From the NCBI GenBank assembly GCA_965224245.1, contig OZ245046.1:608001-672000 (forward strand): a DNA stretch of 64,000 nt. Direction: 5' to 3'. Shown here piece by piece: positions 17,999 through 29,331 of the stretch. The translations under genes and the position numbers were made by a program. Numbering within the stretch: the stretch's first letter is position 1; every line of letters begins with the position of its first letter. Origin of the DNA: Candidatus Eiseniibacteriota bacterium. GTDB taxonomy: Bacteria > Eisenbacteria > RBG-16-71-46 > CAZAMP01. The notes beneath the pieces were generated by a model, which was not told the DNA's origin, searched no databases, and worked only from the letters and a program-made list of their open reading frames with translations.

Positions 17999-18841
17999 AT
18001 GACGCCCGACCCCGAGATCGACATGAGCTCGACGCGCCTGCGCGAGATGCTCAGCGAGCAGTTCCCACACCTCGCGCAGGAGTCGCTCGTCCCCGTCGAC
18101 GAGGGGTGGGACAACTTCATCTACCGCATCGGGGCCGGCCACGCCGCGCGGATTCCGCGCCGCGAGGTGGCCGTCGGTCTGATCCGAAACGAGCAGACGT
18201 GGCTTCCGCGACTCGCCCCCCGCCTGGACGTCGCCATCCCGGTTCCGGTGGGCCTTGGGGTGCCGTCTGGGACGTTTCCGTGGCCGTGGAGCATCGTGCC
18301 CTGGCTCGCCGGCGAGCCTGCCGATCGCCGTCCGCTCGACCCCGATCAGGCGCCCCGGCTGGTCGCGGTGCTCCGCTCTCTGCATCGCCCCGCCCCGGAC
18401 GATGCCCCTCGAAATCCGGTCCGGGGTGTCCCGCTTCACGTTCGGGCCGCGACCGTGGAGGCGCGACTCGACCGGCTCGGCCTGGAGGCGCTTCGCGAGT
18501 CGTGGCGGCGAGCGCTGGATGCCCCGGTGTCCGCCGAGCGCGTGTGGCTGCACGGGGATCTGCACCCCCGCAACGTGCTCGTGGCGAACGGGGCGCTCGT
18601 CGCTCTCATCGACTGGGGCGACCTCACGGCCGGGGACCCGGCGACCGACCTCGCGTGCGCGTGGATGCTGTTCGACCCCGACACCCGTGAACGCTTCCTG
18701 GACGCCTACGGCGCGACGTCGGAGCAGCGGAGCCGGGCCCGTGGCTGGGCGGTACTCTTCGCGTCCGCGCTCGCCGGTGGCGACCCGCGACACGCCGCCG
18801 TCGGGCGAGCACTCGTGAGACGGCTCATCGACGCCGGCTGA
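17999..18841 (+). CDS. Aminoglycoside phosphotransferase (APH)/choline kinase family protein
   Basis: [39 protein letters not shown]. Confidence 0.9.
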   Translation: MTPDPEIDMSSTRLREMLSEQFPHLAQESLVPVDEGWDNFIYRIGAGHAARIPRREVAVGLIRNEQTWLPRLAPRLDVAIPVPVGLGVPSGTFPWPWSIVPWLAGEPADRRPLDPDQAPRLVAVLRSLHRPAPDDAPRNPVRGVPLHVRAATVEARLDRLGLEALRESWRRALDAPVSAERVWLHGDLHPRNVLVANGALVALIDWGDLTAGDPATDLACAWMLFDPDTRERFLDAYGATSEQRSRARGWAVLFASALAGGDPRHAAVGRALVRRLIDAG

Positions 18842-21800
18842 GGTCGGGGTCGGGTCGCCGGTCCGCCGGCGGCGGTGTTCCGTACCCCCCTCCGCCCGGC
18901 GTCTCGACCACCAGGCGATCGCCGACCTCGGCGTCGAATCGTGCGGATCCGCCCAGCTCTTCGACACGCCCGTCTCGTCGAACGACGACGTTGCGGCCGG
19001 GGAGCCCGGGCGCGCCACCGGCCAGGCCGAACGGCGGAACGCGCCGCCGGCCAGAGAGGATGGCGGCCGTCATGGGCGCGCGAAACAGGATCCGCCGGAC
19101 GACACCGTCACCCCCTCGGTGGCGGCCCACCCCGCCGCTCCCGCGTCGGATCGAGAAGTCCTCCACGAGGACGGGGAAGCGGGTCTCCAGCACCTCGGGG
19201 TCGGTGATGCGCGAGTTCGTCATGTGCGTGTGCACGGCGTCGGCGCCGTCGAAGTCGGGACCGGCGCCCGATCCTCCGCAGATGGTCTCGTAGTACTGCC
19301 GGCGCTCGTCGCCGAACGTCACGTTGTTCATCGTGCCCTGCGATGCGCTCATCACGCCGAGCGCGCCCAGGAGCGCATCGGTCACGCACTGGGACGTCTC
19401 GACGTTGCCGGCGACCACGGCCGCCGGTGGCCGGGGGCTGAGCAGGGACGGCGTCGGAATCCGGATGTGAAGCGGCCGGAGGCATCCGGCGTTCAGGGGG
19501 ATGTCGGCGTCCACGAGCAGGCGGAACACGTACAGGACGGCCGCCTTGCACACCGCCGAGGGTGCGTTGACGTTCGTCGGCTGCTGCGCGGACGTTCCGG
19601 AGAAGTCGAGGGTCGCCGAGCGCGTGCGGGCGTCGATGGAGATGCTCACCGCGACCTCGGTGCCGTCGTCCATGGGATAGACGAAGCGCCCGTCGCGGAG
19701 CGACGCGACGGCGCGGCGCACGAGCTCCTCGGCGTTGTCCTGCACGTGTCCCATGTACGCCTGTACGACGTCGCGCCCGAAGTGGCGGGCCAGGGCACGG
19801 AGCTCCCGAGCCCCCGTCTCGTTCGCGGCGATCTGGGCCTTGAGGTCGGCGACGTTCTGGTCCGGGTTGCGTGCCGGATGGGTGCCCGAGCCCAGCAGCG
19901 ACAGGAGCTCGGGCTCGCGAAGACGCCCGTTCGCCACGAGGGTGAAGCACTCGATGCGGATCCCCTCGTCCTCGATCGTGCGGCTGTCCGGTGGCATCGA
20001 CCCCGGCGTCAGGCCACCGACATCGGCGTGATGTCCGCGGGATGCCACGTAGAAGAACGCGTCGCCGGTCTCGTCGTCGATCACCGGCGTGACCACCGTG
20101 ACGTCGGGTAAGTGCGTGCCCCCATCGTAGGGATCGTTCAGCATCACGACGTCCCGGGCCCCGACCTCGGTCCCGCGGCGTCGCCTGACGGCCTGGACGC
20201 TCTCTCCCATCGATCCCAGGTGCACCGGCATGTGGGGGGCGTTGGCGATCAGGTGCCCGCCGGCGTCGAACACCGCGCAGGAGAAATCGAGACGTTCCTT
20301 GATGTTCACCGAGTGTGCGGTGTTCGCCAGCGTGGCTCCCATCTGCTCGGCAATCGACATGAAGAGGGTGTTGAATACCTCCAGCATCACCGGGTCGACC
20401 GACGTTCCCACGGTGGGGCGGGGCCGCGGCCGGGTGCGCTCCATGCGGACCAGGTCGTGATCGGTCACGGTCGCGATCCAGCCCGGCTCGACGACCGTCG
20501 TGCTGTCGGACTCGGCGATGATGGCCGGACCCGCGACGCGATCACCGGGTGCGAGCGCGGCGCGGACGTGAAGCGGGGCGTCGTGCCTCCGTCCGTCCAC
20601 GAACATGCTCACGCGGGCGGCCGGTGGCGGTGCCTCTCGCTCGGGCGCGGTGGCGGTCCCGGACGTTCGCACCGGGTCCTCCGCATCAATCGACCGCCCG
20701 ATCATCTCGACGGACGCGGCCTCGACGACGACGGCCCGATCCGGCGCATGGAAGCCGAAGCGCTGTCTGTGCCGCTCCTCGAACGCCGCGCGGGCCGCGT
20801 CGGCCGACGCGTACGGGATCGGGATCGCCGAGTCGGTGCCCTCGTAGCGCAGATGCAGCCGGCGGATCGGGTCCATGCGATCGACCGGGACTCGCTGCCG
20901 CGACAGCTCGTGGCGACCTTCCGACTCGAGCTCGTGGAGCAGCGCCTCGATCCGGGACGACAGGTCGTCCTCGAGCCTCGCCTCGACCGCGCGCTCGCGA
21001 ACCACACGCACGTCGGCGAGTCCGATGCCGATCGCGGAGAGCACGCCCGCATCGGGGTGGACGAGCACCGTCTCGATACCGAGCGCATCGGCCACCAGGC
21101 ACGCGTGCTGCGGGCCGGCGCCTCCGAACGCGCACAGCGCGTAGGTGGTCACGTCGTGTCCGCGCTGGATGGAGACCTTCTTGATCGCGTTGGCCATGTT
21201 CTCGACCGCAATGGTGAGGCAGCCCCGGGCGACCTCCTCCGGGGTCGTGGCGCGGCCGGTCGCGGTGCGAACCTCGTCCGCGAGACGCCCGAACTTCTCG
21301 TGGACGACGTCCTCGTCGAGCGGCAGATCGGCGTTCGGACCGAAGACCGTGGGGAAGAACCCGGCGTGCATCCGGCCCAGCATCACGTTGCAGTCGGTGA
21401 CGGTCAGTGGGCCTCCGCGCCGGTAACACGCGGGACCGGGGTCGGCTCCGGCGGAGTCCGGTCCGACGCCGTGCCGCATCCCGTCGAAGTGCAGGATCGA
21501 GCCCCCTCCGGCGGCCACCGTCTGGATCCGGAGCATCGGCACGCGCAGCCGCACGCCGGCCAGCTCGGTCTCGCCGCTCCGTTCCAGCTCACCGGCGTAG
21601 TGGAACACGTCGGTGGACGTGCCGCCCATGTCGAAGCCGACGACGCGGTCGACCCCGGAGCGCCGGGCGTTCGCCACGACGGCGACCACACCGCCGGCCG
21701 GCCCCGAGAGGATGGCGTCCTTGCCGCGGAACCGATCGGCGTCGGCGAGCCCACCGTTCGACTGCATGAACATGAGACGCGTCCGCCCGACGTCCTCGCG

Positions 21801-22478
21801 GACGCGGTCCACGTACCGCCCGACCGCGGGTGAGAGGTACGCGTCGACGACGGTGGTGTCGCCGCGTCCGATCAGCTTCATCAACGGACTGACCTCGTGT
21901 GACGTCGAGACCTGGGTGAAGCCCACCGAACGCGCGACGTCGGCGGCGAGCGTCTCGTGATCCGGATACCGGTAGCCGTGCACGAACACGATCGCCACCG
22001 ACCGGAGGCCGGACGCGTGAGCGCCCCGGAGATCGTCTCGAAGGGCGTCCGCATCGAGCGGCGACAGCACGGCGCCCCCGGCGTCGATGCGCTCGCCGGC
22101 TTCCACGACGCGCGCGTACAGGGGCGACGGCAGGACGATGCGCCGGTCGAAGAGACGGGGCCGGTTCTGATACCCGATCCGGAGCGCGTCGGCGAACCCC
22201 CGCGTGATCACGAGCAGCGTGGGCTCGCCGCGCCGCTCCAGGAGCGCGTTGGTCGCGACCGTCGTGCCCATCTTGACCGCGTCGATCGCGTCGGTGGGAA
22301 GCGGATCGCGCGAACCGAGCCCGAGCAGTCGACGGATGCCCTCGAGCGCCGCGTCGGTGTAGCGGTCCGGGTTCTCGGACAGGAGCTTCATCGTGTGGAG
22401 CGACCCGTGCGGATCCCGGCCCACCACGTCGGTGAACGTGCCGCCGCGATCGATCCAGAACTGCCATCGGGGCTCCAT
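18825..22478 (-). CDS. oplA: 5-oxoprolinase (ATP-hydrolysing), fused hydantoinase A/B
   Basis: 1217 aa; [67 protein letters not shown]. Confidence 0.95.
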   Translation of the reverse strand: MEPRWQFWIDRGGTFTDVVGRDPHGSLHTMKLLSENPDRYTDAALEGIRRLLGLGSRDPLPTDAIDAVKMGTTVATNALLERRGEPTLLVITRGFADALRIGYQNRPRLFDRRIVLPSPLYARVVEAGERIDAGGAVLSPLDADALRDDLRGAHASGLRSVAIVFVHGYRYPDHETLAADVARSVGFTQVSTSHEVSPLMKLIGRGDTTVVDAYLSPAVGRYVDRVREDVGRTRLMFMQSNGGLADADRFRGKDAILSGPAGGVVAVVANARRSGVDRVVGFDMGGTSTDVFHYAGELERSGETELAGVRLRVPMLRIQTVAAGGGSILHFDGMRHGVGPDSAGADPGPACYRRGGPLTVTDCNVMLGRMHAGFFPTVFGPNADLPLDEDVVHEKFGRLADEVRTATGRATTPEEVARGCLTIAVENMANAIKKVSIQRGHDVTTYALCAFGGAGPQHACLVADALGIETVLVHPDAGVLSAIGIGLADVRVVRERAVEARLEDDLSSRIEALLHELESEGRHELSRQRVPVDRMDPIRRLHLRYEGTDSAIPIPYASADAARAAFEERHRQRFGFHAPDRAVVVEAASVEMIGRSIDAEDPVRTSGTATAPEREAPPPAARVSMFVDGRRHDAPLHVRAALAPGDRVAGPAIIAESDSTTVVEPGWIATVTDHDLVRMERTRPRPRPTVGTSVDPVMLEVFNTLFMSIAEQMGATLANTAHSVNIKERLDFSCAVFDAGGHLIANAPHMPVHLGSMGESVQAVRRRRGTEVGARDVVMLNDPYDGGTHLPDVTVVTPVIDDETGDAFFYVASRGHHADVGGLTPGSMPPDSRTIEDEGIRIECFTLVANGRLREPELLSLLGSGTHPARNPDQNVADLKAQIAANETGARELRALARHFGRDVVQAYMGHVQDNAEELVRRAVASLRDGRFVYPMDDGTEVAVSISIDARTRSATLDFSGTSAQQPTNVNAPSAVCKAAVLYVFRLLVDADIPLNAGCLRPLHIRIPTPSLLSPRPPAAVVAGNVETSQCVTDALLGALGVMSASQGTMNNVTFGDERRQYYETICGGSGAGPDFDGADAVHTHMTNSRITDPEVLETRFPVLVEDFSIRRGSGGVGRHRGGDGVVRRILFRAPMTAAILSGRRRVPPFGLAGGAPGLPGRNVVVRRDGRVEELGGSARFDAEVGDRLVVETPGGGGYGTPPPADRRPDPDLSRRR

Positions 22479-22662
22479 CGTTCTCGTCGCTCCGGTCTCG
22501 CGTGGGCCCTGACGCTATCACGGAGCCCGATCCGTTTCTCCGTGAACTCGTGATGAAATCGTGAGGCGTCCGTGACGGAAGAACGCCGTGCCGTCCCTAC
22601 AGTTCATTCGGGTCGCCGGAAACGACTCCGGCGACGAACCCCTTCGAACGAGGAGATCCAGC

Positions 22663-23043
22663 ATGCGGAAGTCCATCATCCTGGCCGCCGTGGTCGCGAT
22701 CCTGGGCATGTTTGCCACGGCCGACGCAACCCCTCCCATGGGCCAGCTCTATTTCGAGGGCACGATCGTGCGGACGCTGGTGCCCCCGGCGGCCATGACC
22801 CAGCCGGGCACCGATCCCCTGTACGTGATCATGGGCGGTGCCTCCGGTCAGCTCCCGGTGGTCGGCACCGCTCCGGGCGACCCGGACTACCGCGGCGGGC
22901 AGTGGGCCTTTCACTCGGTCACGTGGAACGTCGAGCCGTATCTGCTCGTGTCCGAGGAAGCCGTCCATGACGCGGCGGGTGCGGGAGACGTGACGATCGT
23001 CCGGGTGTACGAGAACGACTTCAAGTGCCCGGTTCAGCCATAG
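22663..23043 (+). CDS. Small secreted hypothetical protein
   Basis: GAGGAG RBS; signal peptide MRKSIILAAVVAILGMFATADA; PGDPDYRGGQW...VTW...FKCPVQP. Confidence 0.8.
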   Translation: MRKSIILAAVVAILGMFATADATPPMGQLYFEGTIVRTLVPPAAMTQPGTDPLYVIMGGASGQLPVVGTAPGDPDYRGGQWAFHSVTWNVEPYLLVSEEAVHDAAGAGDVTIVRVYENDFKCPVQP

Positions 23044-23061
23044 GCCCGAGATTCGAGACGT

Positions 23062-23102
23062 GACCGAGCGTGTCTCGGCCCGACGGTCGAGACGCCTCGG
23101 TC
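23062..23102. terminator. Hairpin between convergent genes, possible bidirectional terminator
   Basis: GACCGAG..GTCTCG pairs with CGAGAC..CTCGGTC; no clear U-tract. Confidence 0.4.
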
Positions 23103-23126
23103 GATCCCCACGCCCGTACGGCAGGC

Positions 23127-25250
23127 TCAGCGTACGACCAGGATCGACGCCGTCCGGCTCTCGCGACCCGCGTCGAGCTGAAGGTAGTAGCGCCCCGATC
23201 CGAGCGGCTTGCCCGCCGCATCCGTGCCGTCCCATGAGATCGCGTGGGCGCGAGCCAGCTGGCGCTCGCCATCCACGAGCGTGCGCACGACGCGTCCGAA
23301 GACGTCGTACACGCGAAGCGTGACCCGGGCGTCCTCGAACAGCGAGTAGCGCACGCGCGACTCGGTGCGAAGGGGGTTGGGCAGCGCCTCGGCGAACGCG
23401 ACCACGGAGGTCACCGGGCTGTACGGCGAGATCGGGATGTACCGGAGGATGTTGCGCGTGGGGTCGAAGCGAACCTCGGTCGCCTCGCGGTCGGTGAGAC
23501 CCGTCGCGAGCACCTGGCGCGCGTTCGTGTCGACGACGATGCGGGTCGTGTCGCTGGCCGTGTCCACGATGTCGATCTGTACCGGCACGTCGAAGACCGA
23601 TCGCTGGGGCTGCTTCTGCTGAATCCGGATCGTGTAGCGGTACTGGGGGCCCTCGGGAGCCGACGTCCACGTCATCGCGAAGTCGGGACGGCCGACGGTG
23701 TAGAGCCACTGCTCGACGAAGTCGCGCAGCTCCACACCGGAGACGCCCTCGGCCAGATCGATGAACTCGTCGGTGGACGTGTTTCCCGCCACGCGAGAAC
23801 GCGCATGCTCGGACAGGACGTCGAAGAACGCAACCGTTCCGTCCGTCTCACCGAGGCTCGCGCGGAGCTTCCAGCGCAGCATGTGGAGCACCCAGGCGCC
23901 CTTTCGGTACGGCGTGGATCCGTACAGGGGATCGGGATCCCATATCGTGCCGAGGAAGCCGGAGTTGCGCGGCGGTGCGAACGCGTCGAACTCGCGCATC
24001 GTCTCCGCGTACGCGGAGTAGCCCCCGAGATGCTCCGCCCACAGCGCCTCGCAGTACGTGGCGAAGCCCTCGTTGAGCCACATGTCCCGCAGGTCGCGAA
24101 GCCCCACGGAGTCACCGAACCACTGGTGCGCGAGCTCGTGCACGAACACGTCCTCGCCCGGCGGATCGGACCCGTCGTCCGAGCCCTGCACGAAGCCGCC
24201 GCCCAGCGACACGCAGGTCTGGTGCTCCATCCCGCCCGACCAGGGGATCATGGCCATCGCGTACTTCTCGTCGCGAAACGGATAGGGTCCGAACAGCGAC
24301 GAGTAGTAGGTGATCGCCTCGGGGATCCGCCGGAAGTCGGACTCGGCGGCGGCCCGCTTCTCGGGGTACACGAAGTACGTGAGCGGGATCGTGACCGGGC
24401 CCTCGCCGGGAACGTCCAGGATCATCGTCTCCTCGAAGACGTCGTAGTCGGAGATGGCCAGGCAGACGAGGTAGGGCACGATGGGATGTCCGTGCGACCA
24501 GCGATACGTCGTGCGGGCGCCGGCCAGGGGCTCGGTGGCCACGAGCACGCCGTTGGAGGCCACGACCAGTGGATCGTCCACCGTGATCGCCAGATCGATC
24601 GTGGCCTTGTCCTCCAGCTGCTCCTTGCAGGGCCACCACGCGCCCGATCGGTCGGGCACGCTCAGCGTGAAGATGACCGGACCCAGCGTGCCATCCTCCT
24701 GGACGCCGTGCGTGGACCAGTTGAAGGGCGGGGTCGCGACCGAGCCCCCGATGATGGGCGGGGTGCCGAGGTAGTCCACGGTGACGGAGAACACCTCCCC
24801 GGCCGCGACCGGGGTCTCCAGCGTGATCGCGAGCGCGTCGTCACGATGATCGTGGCCCGCGACGCCGTGCGAGCCGCTGGTGACGGCCTCGAGTATGTAG
24901 GCGTCGGCCAGATCGAGGACGACCTCGGAGAAGTCGTCCTCGAGCGCCCGTGCCGTGATCGTGACCGCACCGTCGATGTCGGTGGTGCCCACGTCGAGGG
25001 TGAGGTCGTAGTGCTGGACGTCGTAGCCGCGATCGTCCGCCGGATCGGGTGCGCGGTACGCGCCGCCGAGGAGCCGCTTGGCGCGCGCGCAGGTCTCGGC
25101 GCCGGAGACCCGGAACGGTGAGTCCGACGACACGTCGGGCGCCCACGCACCGGCGGACGCGATCGCGAGGGCCGTCGCGAGGCCCAGCGGCCTGAAGGCG
25201 CGCGAGCCGGGACTCGACCGCGGTCGCGTCTCTGACGCAGGAATGCGCAT
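23127..25250 (-). CDS. Secreted M1 family aminopeptidase with C-terminal FlgD-Ig/T9SS-like domain
   Basis: YDVQHYDL, WWPC, SNG, GGMEH, HELAHQWFG, WLNEGFA, YRKGA; C-terminus PNP...VYDVFGRVVRTLV...WDGTD..G..LGSGRY. Confidence 0.93.
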   Translation of the reverse strand: MRIPASETRPRSSPGSRAFRPLGLATALAIASAGAWAPDVSSDSPFRVSGAETCARAKRLLGGAYRAPDPADDRGYDVQHYDLTLDVGTTDIDGAVTITARALEDDFSEVVLDLADAYILEAVTSGSHGVAGHDHRDDALAITLETPVAAGEVFSVTVDYLGTPPIIGGSVATPPFNWSTHGVQEDGTLGPVIFTLSVPDRSGAWWPCKEQLEDKATIDLAITVDDPLVVASNGVLVATEPLAGARTTYRWSHGHPIVPYLVCLAISDYDVFEETMILDVPGEGPVTIPLTYFVYPEKRAAAESDFRRIPEAITYYSSLFGPYPFRDEKYAMAMIPWSGGMEHQTCVSLGGGFVQGSDDGSDPPGEDVFVHELAHQWFGDSVGLRDLRDMWLNEGFATYCEALWAEHLGGYSAYAETMREFDAFAPPRNSGFLGTIWDPDPLYGSTPYRKGAWVLHMLRWKLRASLGETDGTVAFFDVLSEHARSRVAGNTSTDEFIDLAEGVSGVELRDFVEQWLYTVGRPDFAMTWTSAPEGPQYRYTIRIQQKQPQRSVFDVPVQIDIVDTASDTTRIVVDTNARQVLATGLTDREATEVRFDPTRNILRYIPISPYSPVTSVVAFAEALPNPLRTESRVRYSLFEDARVTLRVYDVFGRVVRTLVDGERQLARAHAISWDGTDAAGKPLGSGRYYLQLDAGRESRTASILVVR

Positions 25251-25415
25251 GTGATCCTCTCGGCGTGGAGGTCGGCTCGGGGCCACGGGCATCGGACGTC
25301 CCTCGGATGCGCGCCACCGGGCCAGCGTCGTGCGCGCGTCGACGGATCGAGTCTACGCGCGTGCGCGAGCGGAGGTCAAACCACCGAGTCGTCCGGCTGG
25401 CCGGGAGGAGGCCGG

Positions 25416-26708
25416 CTAGCGTCGGAGCGAGGTCGCGATCGATGCGCCGACGGCCTGACGGGCGGGCACCACCGCGGCCAGCGCGCTCGCGAGCGGGGTC
25501 AGCGCGAGCGCGGCGCCGATCAACCAGAACGGGATTTGAAAGGACGGCGCGGTGCCGAGGATCGGCGTGAGCGGACCCGCCAGGAGCAAGGCACCGAGCC
25601 AGAGCACGATCGCGCCGATCGCGAGGGCGAACACCGCGCTGAGGAGCCCGGACAGCGAGGCCTCGGCGACCAGGATCCCGGCGAGCACGCCCTCGGACAT
25701 CCCCACCGCGCGAACGACGCCGAGCTCGTACTGCCGCTCGCGTACGACGAGATGCATCGTGTTCGCCATGTTCATCAGCGAGAGCGCGACCACGGCGATG
25801 CCCACCGCGGTCAGCATCAGGATGACGACGGTCACCGCCTGGCCGACCTGGCGTCCCAGGTACGCGTCCGGCGCCAGCTCCAGGCCCAGATCCGACGCCG
25901 CGGTCTCGATGGCCGTGAGGTCGCCGGGCTCGCGAGCCTCGATGATCGCCGCGTCGTAGCCACCTCCCAGATCCTCGTCGTCGGATTCGAAGCGCTCGGC
26001 GTAGTGACGCACGACGCCGAGCGGAACCCCGAGCGCGAGGGCATCGACCTTGTCGGAGAAGCCGCAGATGACGGCGGGGCGAATCTCGCGTCCGCTCTCG
26101 GTACCCCCGAGAAACGACGACCCCAGATCCAGCGAGAGCGTCTGGCCGATGATCGCGCCCTCGGTGAGCTGGGGCAGGCCGTTCGCGCGGGCGAAGCCGA
26201 CGTTGTACGCCTGGAGCACCTTTCGCGAGAGGAGAATCGGCACCGCGCCGGTGTCGCGCGCGGCGAACGTGTACGCGGGATCGGCCTCCCTGGCGACCCA
26301 GGCCGGGTCGACCCCCTGGAGCGGCGCGTCGGTGCCGTAGGTCGAGCCCAGGAGCTCGCCCTCGATCGAGACCGGAAAGTGTGCGTAGGCGATCGGATAA
26401 ACGGCCTCGACCTCGGGCATGTCCGCCAGGCGGTCCAGCGCCGCGGGGTCGAGCGCGCCGCCGCCCATCGCCGCGGACCGCCCGAGGCGGAGCACGCCCA
26501 CCTCCATCACGCGGGGCTGCACCTTGAGCTGGGTGATGGGTAGCGTACCCAGGAGGTCGGTCAGGAGGGTGTCGCGCAGTCCGAGCCCCGCCGCCACAAA
26601 GAGGACCACCAGGAGCACGCCCAGGCTCAGCCCGACGTTGGCCGCAATCAGACGGCGCCGCGTGCCGCGGTTCAGGAGCGCGAACAGCGTGACCAGGTTA
26701 CGACGCAT
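25416..26708 (-). CDS. ABC transporter permease, MacB/FtsX family
   Basis: One N-terminal TM, large periplasmic domain, C-terminal NTM...VRERQYELGVVRAVG plus 3 TMs, PARQA. Confidence 0.88.
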   Translation of the reverse strand: MRRNLVTLFALLNRGTRRRLIAANVGLSLGVLLVVLFVAAGLGLRDTLLTDLLGTLPITQLKVQPRVMEVGVLRLGRSAAMGGGALDPAALDRLADMPEVEAVYPIAYAHFPVSIEGELLGSTYGTDAPLQGVDPAWVAREADPAYTFAARDTGAVPILLSRKVLQAYNVGFARANGLPQLTEGAIIGQTLSLDLGSSFLGGTESGREIRPAVICGFSDKVDALALGVPLGVVRHYAERFESDDEDLGGGYDAAIIEAREPGDLTAIETAASDLGLELAPDAYLGRQVGQAVTVVILMLTAVGIAVVALSLMNMANTMHLVVRERQYELGVVRAVGMSEGVLAGILVAEASLSGLLSAVFALAIGAIVLWLGALLLAGPLTPILGTAPSFQIPFWLIGAALALTPLASALAAVVPARQAVGASIATSLRR

Positions 26709-27381
26709 GCGCGATCCGTCCGTCCTCGAGCGTGAGCTGCCGGGCGGCGCGCGTGATCACGCGGCTGTCGTGCGTGGCGATCATCAGCGTGGCGCCGTCC
26801 GCTGCGCAGTAGGCCAGCAGCATGTCCGTGATGCGCCGGGCGTTCTCGTCGTCCAGGTTGCCGGTGGGCTCGTCCACGAGCACGAGGCCGGGCTTTCCCA
26901 CGAGCGATCGCGCCGTGGCGACCCGCTGGCGCTCGCCGCCGGAGAGTCGCTCCACGCGGGTGTCGGCCTTGTGGGCGAGCCCCATGGCATCGAGCAGCTC
27001 GGCCGCCCGGCCGCGTCTCGCGGCGGCCGGGACGTCGGACCGGAGGAGCAGCGGGATCATCACGTTCTCGCCGGCGGTGAGCCCGTGGATGAGGTTCGCG
27101 TCCTGAAACACGAAGCCGATGCTGTCGTTGCGAACACGCGCGCGCTCGGCCGGCGAACGGCTCCATACGGGCTCACCGTCGAGGAGCACACGACCGCGAA
27201 ACGCCGGCTCGAGCCCGCCGACGACGTTCAGGAGCGTCGTCTTCCCCGACCCGGAAGGGCCGACCAGCGCCACGAGCTCGCCTGCCCCGATGGAGGCCGA
27301 AACGCCACGGAGCACGTCCACCGTGCCGTCGGCGGTGGCCACGCTCACGGCCAGGTCGCTGACGTCGACGCGAACGCCCAT
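26698..27381 (-). CDS. ABC transporter ATP-binding protein, LolD/MacB-like
   Basis: GPSGSGKTT, IGFVFQ, LSGGERQRVA, LVDEPTGNLD, ATHD. Confidence 0.95.
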   Translation of the reverse strand: MGVRVDVSDLAVSVATADGTVDVLRGVSASIGAGELVALVGPSGSGKTTLLNVVGGLEPAFRGRVLLDGEPVWSRSPAERARVRNDSIGFVFQDANLIHGLTAGENVMIPLLLRSDVPAAARRGRAAELLDAMGLAHKADTRVERLSGGERQRVATARSLVGKPGLVLVDEPTGNLDDENARRITDMLLAYCAADGATLMIATHDSRVITRAARQLTLEDGRIAHAS

Positions 27382-27392
27382 GGCACCGGTCC

Positions 27393-29054
27393 TCACGACT
27401 GGATGCCCGAGGCCGTGACGGCGTCGATCACCCGACCCCAGAAGTCGGGCGTGTCCGCGGCGAGACGCACGTGACCCTCGAAGCCCAGATCGGAGATCCG
27501 AGCCGTGATCGCGATCTCGTCGACGAGATCCGACGCCTCCTCGAGCGTGTCCCCGAGGGGCATCCCCTCGAGAAGGCCGGAGAGCGGGCCCACGATCGCG
27601 CCCAGGCGCGCCGTCGCCGAGAGGAGCGCGCCCGTCTCGATCGCCTGGCGCACGTGGGGATCGGTCACCGCGGGCACGAAGCTGGATCCGCCACGCACGA
27701 TGGAGGCAAAGCGATCCGCCGTCGTGGTCAGGATCGCCCGGTCGTCGAACACGCCGGTGCACAGCTGGATGAACGGCGGCAGCCCGAACGCATGGCACGG
27801 GATCCCCTCGATCTGGATCTCGTCGATGCCGGCGGTCGAGCCGAGGATCGGCAGGATGATCGGGTCGTCCCGGAGCGAGGTCACGAACGTGTCGAGCCGC
27901 TGCCGGAACGCGTCGGACTCGGCCACCTCGGCGAAGACGACGATGTCGGTCCCGGTCAGGCTCAGCTTGTTCACGAGGACGCCCGACCGGCCGTTCACGT
28001 CCCCCAGGAAGCCCTCGAAGGCCGTCCACAGGCGGACGCCGAGCTCCTCGTTCGCGGGATCGGCCGGCGTGTTCTCGGAGCCTCCGTCGAGCCAGGTGCG
28101 GATCGCGTCGCCGTTCGCGTTGGCCACGAACACGGCGATCGGGCGACCCGGGATGTCGGCGGTGATCGGCGGGGTGCTCCGGGGAGCGGCCACGATCGTC
28201 CGGACCGGATGGTCGGCCGGAAGCCGCGACCGGCCGTCGATCGCGATTCCGGTGGGGCTCGCGGTGAGCGCGATCACCACCCCCTCGTGCCGGCCCAGGG
28301 GGCCGGTCACGAACGGCAGCACCTCGGTGATCGTGTGGGGGAGCGCGTCGATGAGGGGCAGCGATCGAGCGCCGTCTCCCGAGCCCGGTGCGAACACGAC
28401 GACGTCGGGGGATCCCCCGAGCGCACCCCGGAGCTCGGCCAGGGCCACCGATCCCCCGGCGCTGGCGTCGGGTGTCCCGGTGATCAGTCGCTTGCAGAGC
28501 CCGAGCCGCACGTCACGCCGCGAGACGCCGGACACGACGACGAGGTGCCCCGCGTAGCTCAGGGTGGACGTCTGCGCGCGATCGGCGTCGTGGACCGGGA
28601 CGCCACGAACGACCTCGCCGGCGGTCAGCGTGGCCCCGCGGCGCGCCAGCCGGGCGCCGGTGGCCTCGCGCAGGGCCGTCACGTCGCCGGGCAGGACGAG
28701 TGCGGTGGCGCCCCTGGGCTCGCTCAGGAAGCCGACCACGATCGGCGCGTCGACGTCGAGCCCGGCGGCGCGCGCCGCGGCCAGATCGGACGGATCGAAT
28801 CCCAGCTGATCGGCGAACCCGCCGGTGAGCGGTGTCATGACCGCGCGATGATGGGCACGAAGGGAGTCCAGGTCGAGGTGGGTGTGAAGGGTCGCGAGGC
28901 TCTCGATCGAGACGATCGCATCGCAATCGGCGGGCAGCAGCTCGGATCCGTGCTCGACCGGACGATCCACCAGTGACGGGGCGCAGCCCGCCAGCGCGAC
29001 GGCGACCGTGCCGGCGAGGAGGCGAGCGATCGCCGGGGACGCGTGTGTTCTCAT
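27393..29054 (-). CDS. Hypothetical lipoprotein heading the ABC operon
   Basis: AGGAGG RBS; lipobox VALAGC; 553 aa with no recognisable catalytic motif. Confidence 0.75.
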   Translation of the reverse strand: MRTHASPAIARLLAGTVAVALAGCAPSLVDRPVEHGSELLPADCDAIVSIESLATLHTHLDLDSLRAHHRAVMTPLTGGFADQLGFDPSDLAAARAAGLDVDAPIVVGFLSEPRGATALVLPGDVTALREATGARLARRGATLTAGEVVRGVPVHDADRAQTSTLSYAGHLVVVSGVSRRDVRLGLCKRLITGTPDASAGGSVALAELRGALGGSPDVVVFAPGSGDGARSLPLIDALPHTITEVLPFVTGPLGRHEGVVIALTASPTGIAIDGRSRLPADHPVRTIVAAPRSTPPITADIPGRPIAVFVANANGDAIRTWLDGGSENTPADPANEELGVRLWTAFEGFLGDVNGRSGVLVNKLSLTGTDIVVFAEVAESDAFRQRLDTFVTSLRDDPIILPILGSTAGIDEIQIEGIPCHAFGLPPFIQLCTGVFDDRAILTTTADRFASIVRGGSSFVPAVTDPHVRQAIETGALLSATARLGAIVGPLSGLLEGMPLGDTLEEASDLVDEIAITARISDLGFEGHVRLAADTPDFWGRVIDAVTASGIQS

Positions 29055-29139
29055 CGGGCCTCCTGAACGGGACGGGACGAGTCAGCGCACGCTCGCGCGC
29101 CGTGCGTGCAGGCGGCGCGCGCGCTCTCTCGCGGCCGGC

Positions 29140-29148
29140 ATTCTATCA
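29140..29148 (-). promoter_or_regulatory. Extended -10 element for the lipoprotein-ABC operon
   Basis: TGaTAGAAT on the - strand about 85 nt upstream of the start. Confidence 0.45.
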
Positions 29149-29316
29149 GCGCCCGTGCCCGCGGCAACCCGCCGAGTCGCCAAACCGGAGGGCGCACGTC
29201 GATCGTCCACCGAGAGACGTGCGGGCGCATCATTTTGTTACGCCGACCGGGCGACCCTGCGCCGGACGCGCCGTCGACCGCCACGTCCGAAAACGACGGT
29301 TGAGCGCCGAACGCTC

Positions 29317-29325
29317 TGCTATAAC
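29317..29325 (+). promoter_or_regulatory. Extended -10 element of a probable leaderless ada/alkA transcript
   Basis: TGcTATAAC 6 nt before ATG 29332; no SD. Confidence 0.5.
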
Positions 29326-29331
29326 CGGGAC

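Noticed and set aside
12588-18841. Integron with attC sites
   Set aside because: No integrase and no repeated attC core/inverse-core sites seen; retained only as a cassette-like finding.
17999-18841. Calling the APH-family gene or the GNATs antibiotic-resistance genes
   Set aside because: Family-level motifs only; substrate cannot be inferred from sequence.
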